Shown here piece by piece: positions 48,685-64,000 of a stretch of DNA of 64,000 bases. The position numbers were made by a program, and so were the translations under genes. The stretch comes from Pseudomonadota bacterium (GTDB lineage Bacteria > Campylobacterota > Campylobacteria > Campylobacterales > Sulfurimonadaceae). The DNA lies in NCBI GenBank assembly GCA_043797085.1, contig JAZDQA010000013.1:64001-128000 (forward strand). The letters run 5' to 3'. Under the pieces are notes generated by a model. The model had not been told where the DNA came from. It worked only from the letters and a program-made list of their open reading frames with translations, and searched no databases. Each line of letters starts with the position of its first letter. Position 1 is the first letter of the stretch.

Positions 48685-50484
48685 ATGCAAAACTCAAATA
48701 AATCCCAGAAAATTCTTGCTCTTTTCGCCGTATTGCTTTTGGGCTTTGGAATATTCTTGGCGGTCATGTTTTACACTGCCGTCCATGATCGCGATATACC
48801 CTCCATCTACTCCGAAGAAAACTCCAAAGCGCAACGCGGAACCATTATCAGTGCCGATGGTTTTCATATCGCCACGACCCAAAAACTTTACAAAGCGGTC
48901 GTAAATACCCGAAACATTGATAAAGACAAAGAAGAACTCTTTGTTCAGCTTTTTAGTATTTACAGCGGCATTGATGCGAGTGAAATTCGTCAACGTCTCC
49001 ACACAAGACGCGGTTCCGTAACCCTTAGTTATCACATCGGACCCAAAGAAGCGATGTATCTTAAAACGCTTGCATTTGAACTGCGTAAACTAAAAGTTTT
49101 TATCGAATATGAACTTCCAAACGGTCAACGTGTACTGCAAGGACTGAACATTATTGAAAGCGGTGAAGCACGCGAGTACCCCTACCAAGATTTACTTACA
49201 CCGCTTATTGGATATCCTCGTAAAATGGAAGAGAATGGATACACTCGTATTTACGGTATCAAAGGACTCGAAAAATATTTCGACCAAGAGCTTAATCCTC
49301 AGCAAAATAAAACTCAACGAGCGATGCGCGATGTCAACGGCTATCTCATTCTCAATAAACAAAGCTCTATCAAACCTCAGATCAATGGCTTCAGTCTCAA
49401 GCTTAATATCCCGATTTCCCTTCAAGCACGGGCGGAAGCAATTACCAGTCGAATCAAAGATGAACTCCAAGCCGATGAGATAATTGCCACGGTTATGGAT
49501 GCAAAATCAGGGAAAATTCTTACTCTGGCAAGCTCAAACCGTTTTGATCCAAGTAAAATTCGCAAAGAAGATTATCCCTCACTCAACACCAATGCTATCG
49601 AATACAGTTATGAACCGGGATCCGTTATCAAACCTATCATTTTTGCTTTATTGCTCGATCGCCATCTTATCAATCCCTACGATATGGTTAATGGACATAA
49701 CGGACGCTATACCATGGGACGTAAAACGATTGTCGATGAACACGCTTTTAGTATGATCAGTGCCGAAGATGTCATCGTCCACTCATCCAATATCGGTATC
49801 GCCCAGCTTGCCCAAAAACTCAACGGAAGCGAATTTACCGAAGGATTGAGCCGTTTTGGATTTACTCATTTTAGCGGTGCGGATTTACCGTATGAAAAAC
49901 GAGGCTCCATCCCAAGCTCCACGCAGCTAAACAATTATCTCTACAAAGCGATTACAGCATACGGTTACGGGATGCGCGCCAATGCGATGCAAATCCTTAA
50001 AGCCTTCAACGTTTTCAATAATAGCGGTCGTATTGTTAACCCTATGGTGGTTGATACCCTAATCGATGATAATGGCAGAAGTATGCCCATGGAAGTTATC
50101 GAACCTACTCAAGTTATCTCTCCCGCAACAGCGGAACGAATGAAGCAAATATTAATCAAGACAGTCAATGTAGGAACCGGAATTGGAACAAAAACTCCCG
50201 GACTTGAAATAGGCGGAAAAACAGGAACCGCACACATCGCCAAAGGGGGCGGCTACATCAACAGCTATCATACGTCATTCGTAGGATTCGCCAATGATAA
50301 AAAACGTGCCTATACGATTGGTATTTTCGTCATTAATCCACGAACCGTTTATTTTGCTTCTATCACCGCTGTCCCCGTTTTCAAAGCCATTGTAGATATG
50401 ATGGTTGAGGAAAAATACCTCACTCTTGACCCTGTTGCGGTTGCTGCTGCCGCCGCAGAACATCCGGTTGCAACGGTTCACTAA
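48685..50484 (+). CDS. ftsI: Class B penicillin-binding protein (FtsI/PBP3)
   Basis: RGTI, GLEK, EPGSVIK (SxxK), SSN, KTGT. Confidence 0.85.
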   Translation: MQNSNKSQKILALFAVLLLGFGIFLAVMFYTAVHDRDIPSIYSEENSKAQRGTIISADGFHIATTQKLYKAVVNTRNIDKDKEELFVQLFSIYSGIDASEIRQRLHTRRGSVTLSYHIGPKEAMYLKTLAFELRKLKVFIEYELPNGQRVLQGLNIIESGEAREYPYQDLLTPLIGYPRKMEENGYTRIYGIKGLEKYFDQELNPQQNKTQRAMRDVNGYLILNKQSSIKPQINGFSLKLNIPISLQARAEAITSRIKDELQADEIIATVMDAKSGKILTLASSNRFDPSKIRKEDYPSLNTNAIEYSYEPGSVIKPIIFALLLDRHLINPYDMVNGHNGRYTMGRKTIVDEHAFSMISAEDVIVHSSNIGIAQLAQKLNGSEFTEGLSRFGFTHFSGADLPYEKRGSIPSSTQLNNYLYKAITAYGYGMRANAMQILKAFNVFNNSGRIVNPMVVDTLIDDNGRSMPMEVIEPTQVISPATAERMKQILIKTVNVGTGIGTKTPGLEIGGKTGTAHIAKGGGYINSYHTSFVGFANDKKRAYTIGIFVINPRTVYFASITAVPVFKAIVDMMVEEKYLTLDPVAVAAAAAEHPVATVH

Positions 50485-50488
50485 TTAC

Positions 50489-51304
50489 TTACATCCACAC
50501 ATTATCAATCAGTCGCGTTGTTCCTACACGCGCAGCAACCAAAACAATCGTATCACCAAGTATCACTTCGGGAATGGATTCAAAACGACGATTCACTATC
50601 GCGACATATTCAACTTCAAGAGGGTCTAAAACAGCAAGCATAGCCTGAGAAATTTCAAGGCTTTGAAGATTCCCTTGCATCACCATCTTCGTTGCCTCTT
50701 TGAGCGAAGAAGAGAGTTTTAACGCCTCTTTCCGCTGTATATCAGTCAAGTACACATTACGGCTTGAAAGAGCAAGTCCGTCTTTTTCGCGCACGGTCTC
50801 TTCCGGCACAATCTCAACATTCATCACTAAATTATTGACCATTTGAGTGATCAAAAAAAGCTGTTGGGCATCTTTTTTTCCGAAATAAGCACGTGTCGGA
50901 CGAACAGCATTTAATAATTTCATCACAACCGTAAGCATCCCGTCAAAATGTCCGGGACGAGAACTCCCCTCGAGAATAAACCCGCGCACATCCGGAGCTT
51001 TGATACTCACTTCATCCTTTTCATACATTGTCTCGGGATAAAATAACACATCCACCCCGCTTAGTTCACAAATTTTAAAATCCGCTTCCTCTCGACGGGG
51101 ATATTGACTCAAATCTTCCCCTGCTAAAAACTGTGTCGGATTCACATAAATCGATACAACAACGTACTTATTATCTTTACGAGCAGAATCAATAAGAGTG
51201 CGATGACCGCTGTGCAATGCCCCCATTGTTGGAACAAAACCGATTGATCCCGATACATGATCCAAAACCTCTCGTAATTCTTTGTGTGTACGTGCGATTA
51301 TCAT
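50489..51304 (-). CDS. panC: Pantoate--beta-alanine ligase
   Basis: [46 protein letters not shown]. Confidence 0.97.
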   Translation of the reverse strand: MIIARTHKELREVLDHVSGSIGFVPTMGALHSGHRTLIDSARKDNKYVVVSIYVNPTQFLAGEDLSQYPRREEADFKICELSGVDVLFYPETMYEKDEVSIKAPDVRGFILEGSSRPGHFDGMLTVVMKLLNAVRPTRAYFGKKDAQQLFLITQMVNNLVMNVEIVPEETVREKDGLALSSRNVYLTDIQRKEALKLSSSLKEATKMVMQGNLQSLEISQAMLAVLDPLEVEYVAIVNRRFESIPEVILGDTIVLVAARVGTTRLIDNVWM

Positions 51305-51373
51305 TGCTTTAGCCTTTATGCAGGGGATTTATACTATAATCGCAATTATAATACAGTTAGAGGATATTCCTTT

Positions 51374-52483
51374 ATGGATCACTACGAATATACAGAATTA
51401 TTAAAAACATTGACAACTAAAATGCAAAATATCACGGATGTTGTACGTCCTCAAGATATTAATGCCCGATTGGGAGAAATTACCGATCTGGAAAACTCCG
51501 ATGGCTTTTGGAATGATGCCATGAATGCAGGAATTGTTCAAAAAGAAAAAACACAACTTGAACGTCGTCTAAACAAATACAACAGAACCTATAATATTCT
51601 TGGCGATGCGGTAGATTTGTACGAAATGGCAAAAGAAGAAAACGATGAAGAGACCATTGAATCCTTATTTGAGGATGCATTAAAACTCGAACATGAAGTG
51701 AAGCTTATGGAGGTTGAAGTACTACTCAGCGGTGAGCATGACGGTCACAATGCCATCGTCACCATCCATCCGGGAGCAGGAGGGACAGAATCTCAAGACT
51801 GGGCTTCTATGCTGTTACGTATGTACACACGCTGGGCAGAACGACACGATTTTACCATTGAAATGCTCGACTATCAATCGGGTGAAGAAGCAGGAATCAA
51901 AGACGCAGCTATCCTTATCAAGGGTGTAAATGTTTACGGCTATCTCAAAAATGAAAACGGGATTCACCGCCTTGTTCGTATCAGCCCGTATGATTCCGCC
52001 GCCAAACGTCATACTAGCTTTACCTCTGTTCTTGTCTCTCCAGAACTGGATGACGACATCGACGTTGAAATCGAAGACCGTGACATTCGTATCGATACCT
52101 ATCGTGCATCAGGAGCAGGCGGTCAACACGTCAACAAGACCGAATCAGCGATTCGTATTACCCACATCCCAACGGGTATCGTAGTGCAGTGTCAAAATGA
52201 CCGTAGCCAACATAAAAATAAAGCAACCGCGTTTAAAATGTTAAAATCCCGTATCTATGATCTCGAACTCGCTAAACAAAAAGCGGCTGTTGACGGGGTC
52301 GAAAAAAGTGAGAACGGCTGGGGTCATCAAATCCGCTCGTACGTTCTCGCACCGTATCAGCAAGTCAAAGATACCCGTTCAGGAATCCCCTACTCCAATA
52401 TCAGCACCATCCTTGATGGCGACATTGACGAAATGATTGAAGGTGTCCTTATTGCCCTTAACCGAAAAGATGACGACGAATAA
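51374..52483 (+). CDS. prfB: Peptide chain release factor 2 (continuous ORF, no frameshift)
   Basis: [39 protein letters not shown] 51374 after AGGA. Confidence 0.96.
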   Translation: MDHYEYTELLKTLTTKMQNITDVVRPQDINARLGEITDLENSDGFWNDAMNAGIVQKEKTQLERRLNKYNRTYNILGDAVDLYEMAKEENDEETIESLFEDALKLEHEVKLMEVEVLLSGEHDGHNAIVTIHPGAGGTESQDWASMLLRMYTRWAERHDFTIEMLDYQSGEEAGIKDAAILIKGVNVYGYLKNENGIHRLVRISPYDSAAKRHTSFTSVLVSPELDDDIDVEIEDRDIRIDTYRASGAGGQHVNKTESAIRITHIPTGIVVQCQNDRSQHKNKATAFKMLKSRIYDLELAKQKAAVDGVEKSENGWGHQIRSYVLAPYQQVKDTRSGIPYSNISTILDGDIDEMIEGVLIALNRKDDDE

Positions 52484-53219
52484 CCAAAACATTATTTTAA
52501 AAGAGTGCGCTCTCCACGAGCCGTGCTCTTACATCAGCGGAAATTCCCAAACCATTCATTATAAAGTAATACAAGAATCCAGCAAAGACCAATGCGAATC
52601 CTTAATTCTTCGTGGATGGAGACGTTTTGGGTCGATGTACTTCCGACCTATCTGTACTGCATGCACGGCATGTGAAAGTCTTAAAATCGACGTAGAAAAC
52701 TATGTATTTAGTAAATCTGAACGACGTATTTTACGTAAAAATAGTCATCTCACCACATTTGTCCGACACCCGACTATAAGCGGTGAACATTTAGAACTTT
52801 TTTACCGTTATCACGCCCATAAACATCAAACACGCAACTGGGACGCACCTAAAATTGATCCAAACAACTATCAAGCCTCTTTCGTAAACGGTCATGGAGA
52901 TTTTGGGTACGAAGTCCTCTATTTTGAAGGAGAAAAACTCATTGCCGTTGATCTTATTGATATTTTAGAAGAGGGGATATCCGCATTGTATTGTTATTAC
53001 GATCCCCAATCTCCGAACCTTTCATTGGGTAAATATACCCTGCTCGAACAAATTCTTCTCGCAAAGCGTTTGGGTCTTAAATGGATTTATCTTGGCTATT
53101 ATGTCAAAGGATGCCAAAGCTTGGAATACAAAGCATCCTATGACCCTTCCTATATGCTTCAAGGGCGACCTGAAGAAGACGAAACTCCCTTATGGAATTT
53201 ACTTTCTACTTCCCGCTAA
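52470..53219 (+). CDS. ATE-like aminoacyl-tRNA protein transferase (Bpt-like)
   Basis: CSY, GWRRFG..FRPIC..C..C, YCYYDP..SLG, YLGYYV..C.SLEYK. Confidence 0.85.
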   Translation: MTTNNQNIILKECALHEPCSYISGNSQTIHYKVIQESSKDQCESLILRGWRRFGSMYFRPICTACTACESLKIDVENYVFSKSERRILRKNSHLTTFVRHPTISGEHLELFYRYHAHKHQTRNWDAPKIDPNNYQASFVNGHGDFGYEVLYFEGEKLIAVDLIDILEEGISALYCYYDPQSPNLSLGKYTLLEQILLAKRLGLKWIYLGYYVKGCQSLEYKASYDPSYMLQGRPEEDETPLWNLLSTSR

Positions 53220-53751
53220 TCATTCGAGAAATAATGCCTTTTTGATCGGTTCTCTCGGCATGAATAACTCCGATTACATGAACAACGACGAAAGCAAAAA
53301 TAGCCCAACCCACGTAAAAATGAACCCCTTCAACCGTCTCTTTCATCTCACCTGCAAGTTTAAAATACAGGCTAAGACCGCTGATAGACATAACCAACAG
53401 CATCACATAGACAGCTTTATAGAGCTTGTAGACAATTTGCATTTTCGGATTATCATCCAATCCAAATCCATTTTTTGCAATCATTAACAAACGAAATATT
53501 AACAGCGCAGTAATTGCAAATCCAAAATAAATATGCCAATCCCACATAGGAGAGCGAACTGCTTTTCCTATCACTACCGCCTGCTCATTGGTAATAATTG
53601 TCCCGATGGTTACCAGCTGTTCTTGAACTATTTTCCCTATATGGTGCTTATCCATAACACTTTCTCGCAACACCACTGTAATAAATAAACCAATTACTAC
53701 CAATGCCTGCAACCAATGCCAAATCCGAAATGATGGTGAAAATTCTCTCAT
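53206..53751 (-). CDS. Di-haem cytochrome b (b561/HydC-like)
   Basis: RIWHW, WHIYFG, VHFY, VHVIGV histidine ligands; four TMs. Confidence 0.8.
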   Translation of the reverse strand: MREFSPSFRIWHWLQALVVIGLFITVVLRESVMDKHHIGKIVQEQLVTIGTIITNEQAVVIGKAVRSPMWDWHIYFGFAITALLIFRLLMIAKNGFGLDDNPKMQIVYKLYKAVYVMLLVMSISGLSLYFKLAGEMKETVEGVHFYVGWAIFAFVVVHVIGVIHAERTDQKGIISRMISGK

Positions 53752-53903
53752 ATATATTCTCCTAATGTTAGATATACAATGATACAAGAATAATTTAGTA
53801 TTTAGATTAACTGATAATAAACGCCAGAGTGTAATGATTAAAAATATACTGAAAGGAAGAATGAATTATGTGTGATATCAAAGAAGAAGAAGAAAGAGAT
53901 GCA

Positions 53904-53920
53904 GATTCCCCAAAAGGGGA
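53904..53920 (-). terminator. Hairpin after fusA
   Basis: TTCCCC-AAAA-GGGGAA, followed on the minus strand by a pyrimidine run. Confidence 0.5.
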
Positions 53921-53932
53921 AGAAGAATTAAC

Positions 53933-56017
53933 TTAGCTGTTACGCTTTTTGATAATTTCTTCTGCAACGTTACGTGGAACTTCTGCATAGTGATCGAATT
54001 CCATAGAGTAGCTTGCACGTCCTTGAGTTGCTGAACGAAGGTCAGTTGAGTAACCAAACATTTCAGAAAGTGGAACGAACGCATCAACAATTTTGTTACC
54101 TGAACGGTCACCCATGTTGTTAACTTGTCCACGACGACGGTTAAGGTCACCGATAACGTCACCCATGAAGTTTTCAGGTACTTCTACTTCAACTTTCATC
54201 ATAGGCTCTAGGATTGCAGGGTTTGCTTTACGGCAAGCCTCTTTGAATCCCATAGATGCAGCGAGTTTAAACGCCATCTCAGAGGAGTCAACCTCATGGT
54301 ATGAACCGTCATACAATGTAACTTCGATATCTTCGATAGGATAACCTGCCAAGACACCTTTAGCCATTGCTTCTTTACACCCTTTTTCAACAGCAGGAAT
54401 ATATTCTTTTGGAATAACCCCACCTTTGATGTCATTGTTAAAGGTATAACCAGTACCTGGCTCACCTGGCTTAACGATCAAATAAACGTGACCGAATTGT
54501 CCGCGTCCACCTGATTGTTTTGCGTATTTGTACTCTTGTTTTACTTCCGCACGAATTGACTCACGGTAAGCAACTTGTGGAGCACCTACTTCTGCTTCAA
54601 CTTTGAACTCACGAAACATTCGGTCAACAAGAATTTCAAGGTGAAGTTCACCCATTCCTGAAATAATCGTTTGACCTGTTTCTTCGTCAGTATGAACACG
54701 GAAAGATGGATCTTCAGCTGCAAGTTTTGCAAGTGCAATACCCATTTTTTCTTGGTCAGGTTTAGTTTTTGGCTCAACCGCAACCGAGATAACTGGCTCA
54801 GGGAAGTGCATACGCTCAAGAACTAAACGCTCACGCTCGTCACATAGAGTATCCCCAGTTGTTGTATCTTTGAGACCAACAACCGCACCGATTTCACCAG
54901 CATAAAGTGATTTAATCTCTTCACGTTTGTTCGCGTGCATTTTTACGATACGTCCGATACGCTCTTTTTTACCTTTGATGGTATTGTAAGCGTAGGTACC
55001 TGATTCAAGAACTCCACGGTAAACACGTACGAAAGTAAGTTGTCCAACGAATGGATCGGTCATAATTTTGAACGCAAGACCAGCGAAAGGAGCATCATCC
55101 GTTGATTCAACTGCTACTTCAACCTCTTCGTCATCTTCCATAGTTCCTTTGATAGCCGCAACTTCAAGAGGAGATGGAAGATAATCGATTACCGCATCCA
55201 AAAGAGTCTGAACCCCTTTGTTTTTAAACGCAGTACCACATGTCATTGGAATGATTTCCATTTTAAGACATCCAGCTTTGATCCCGCGCATAATTTCTTC
55301 GTTGCTAAGCTCACCCTCTTCGAAGAATTTCTCCATCAAAGTATCGTCGCCTTCAGCAGCTGCTTCCATCATTTGTGCACGGTATTTATTAGAAAGTTCA
55401 ACCATATCTGCAGGAATCTCTTCTTCATGGTAACTAGAACCCATTGCAGCATCTTCATCCCAAAGGATTGCTTTCATCTTAACAAGGTCAACAATACCTT
55501 TGAAACCGTCTTCAGCGCCAATTGGAAGTTGAATAGCAATTGGATTTGCTTTAAGACGAAGACGAATTTGTTCTTCAACGTTATAAAAATCAGCACCGGT
55601 ACGGTCCATTTTATTAACGAAAACCATACGAGGTACGCCATAACGATTTGCTTGACGCCATACCGTCTCAGATTGTGGCTGAACACCGCCTACTGCACAA
55701 AATACAGCAACTGCACCATCAAGAACACGCATAGAACGCTCAACTTCAATAGTGAAGTCAACGTGGCCCGGAGTGTCGATGATGTTAATTTGAGTGTCAC
55801 GCCATTCACATGTCGTTGCAGCAGAAGTAATCGTGATACCACGTTCTTGCTCTTGCTCCATCCAGTCCATAGTGGCAGCACCTTCGTGAACCTCACCAAT
55901 CTTGTGTGAAACACCTGTGTAGAACAAAATACGTTCTGTAGTGGTTGTTTTACCCGCGTCAATGTGCGCAGCAATACCGATATTTCTAACGTCTTCTAGT
56001 TTGTGGGATCTTGCCAT
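53933..56017 (-). CDS. fusA: Elongation factor G
   Basis: [34 protein letters not shown]. Confidence 0.99.
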   Translation of the reverse strand: MARSHKLEDVRNIGIAAHIDAGKTTTTERILFYTGVSHKIGEVHEGAATMDWMEQEQERGITITSAATTCEWRDTQINIIDTPGHVDFTIEVERSMRVLDGAVAVFCAVGGVQPQSETVWRQANRYGVPRMVFVNKMDRTGADFYNVEEQIRLRLKANPIAIQLPIGAEDGFKGIVDLVKMKAILWDEDAAMGSSYHEEEIPADMVELSNKYRAQMMEAAAEGDDTLMEKFFEEGELSNEEIMRGIKAGCLKMEIIPMTCGTAFKNKGVQTLLDAVIDYLPSPLEVAAIKGTMEDDEEVEVAVESTDDAPFAGLAFKIMTDPFVGQLTFVRVYRGVLESGTYAYNTIKGKKERIGRIVKMHANKREEIKSLYAGEIGAVVGLKDTTTGDTLCDERERLVLERMHFPEPVISVAVEPKTKPDQEKMGIALAKLAAEDPSFRVHTDEETGQTIISGMGELHLEILVDRMFREFKVEAEVGAPQVAYRESIRAEVKQEYKYAKQSGGRGQFGHVYLIVKPGEPGTGYTFNNDIKGGVIPKEYIPAVEKGCKEAMAKGVLAGYPIEDIEVTLYDGSYHEVDSSEMAFKLAASMGFKEACRKANPAILEPMMKVEVEVPENFMGDVIGDLNRRRGQVNNMGDRSGNKIVDAFVPLSEMFGYSTDLRSATQGRASYSMEFDHYAEVPRNVAEEIIKKRNS

Positions 56018-56182
56018 GATAATAGCCTTAAAAAGTGGTTTTTAATAGGGAGAATAATAACCCGCTTGGGTTATTAAAGGGTTACAAAATTCTACCTCGT
56101 TAAGAGGTAAGCTTTAGTAGCCCAAGCGGCTAGCATAGCAATAGGGATAAAAATCCCTATTGCCTTCAAACCGGAATGACTA

Positions 56183-56674
<492 letters not shown>

Positions 56675-56721
56675 TTACTCAAAAAACGGTCACTGAAACC
56701 GAATCTTGTTGGGTTAGATGA

Positions 56722-57102
56722 TTATTTCTTAACCTTAGCTTTTTTCGTTCCGTATTTAGAACGAGATACTTTACGGTCTTTAACACCCGCAGTATCAAGA
56801 GCACCACGTACGATATGGTATTTTACCCCTGGTAAGTCTTTTACGCGACCGCCACGAACAAGAACGATTGAGTGCTCTTGCAAGTTGTGACCCTCACCAC
56901 CGATATAACTAATAACTTCAAACCCTGAAGTCAAACGAACTTTAGCAACTTTACGAAGAGCCGAGTTAGGTTTTTTAGGGGTTGTAGTATAAACACGAGT
57001 ACATACTCCACGACGTTGTGGACATGACACCAAAGCGGGTGATTTTGATTTTTTCACGACCGCTTGTCGCTCTTTACGAATAAGCTGGTTGATTGTTGGC
57101 AT
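56722..57102 (-). CDS. rpsL: 30S ribosomal protein S12
   Basis: [29 protein letters not shown] 57102 after AAGGAG. Confidence 0.99.
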   Translation of the reverse strand: MPTINQLIRKERQAVVKKSKSPALVSCPQRRGVCTRVYTTTPKKPNSALRKVAKVRLTSGFEVISYIGGEGHNLQEHSIVLVRGGRVKDLPGVKYHIVRGALDTAGVKDRKVSRSKYGTKKAKVKK

Positions 57103-57274
57103 ACAATCTCCTTGTTTTGAAATGTTCCAGTAGAATTTTAGATCCACCCGTAGGGGACTAATAAACGCGAAATATTACCCGATTATTGATTAAATATAGC
57201 TTATTTTAAGGAAGGTTTAAATTGAGGAGAAGGTAAGAGTAGGATAAACATCTGCCTCAAGAGAGGCAAAACGT

Positions 57275-64000
<6,726 letters not shown>

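Noticed and set aside
47414..50484. Flagellar genes linked to ftsI, with ftsW divergent
   Set aside because: This is known conserved gene order in Campylobacterota, not novel.
51374..51480. Programmed +1 frameshift in prfB
   Set aside because: The ORF is continuous and has no CTT-TGA slippery site; this is normal for Campylobacterota.

Overview
AT-rich chromosomal window from a free-living Campylobacterota bacterium, most like Sulfuricurvum/Sulfurimonas. This is an inference from the epsilon-type CheZ, the flgBC-fliE-ftsI linkage, the c553-type cytochrome, unfused rpoB/rpoC and prfB without a frameshift. Most of it is housekeeping: rfbF (partial), pckA, glnA, purE, glyQ, recD2, ccp, uvrB, PBP1A, bioF, alaS, leuA, murG/ftsW, flgBC/fliE, ftsI, panC, prfB, fusA-rpsG-rpsL, rpoC and rpoB (partial). 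Two accessory modules stand out. (1) 15.8-21.9 kb encodes a lipoprotein fused to a DUF2202-like ferritin-like domain, a small Met/Gln-rich exported protein and a TSP3-repeat outer-membrane beta-barrel, interleaved with two OmpR-type two-component systems; it is a candidate uncharacterised envelope or metal-handling system. (2) 35.7-44.9 kb is a compact 9-gene MSHA/T2SS-like type IV filament locus with an Ig-tipped pilin and a degenerate MshEN domain. Reading outside the ORF track found a probable ATC start codon on an NhaC-family transporter, a ~430-bp islet bounded by a duplicated uvrB 5' end that carries a 31-aa Lys-rich ORF, a MITE-like 31-bp inverted repeat, and several REP-like palindrome doublets with covarying stems. 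No rRNA, tRNA, CRISPR array, transposase or integrase was recognised. All product calls come from motif recognition, not database searches.
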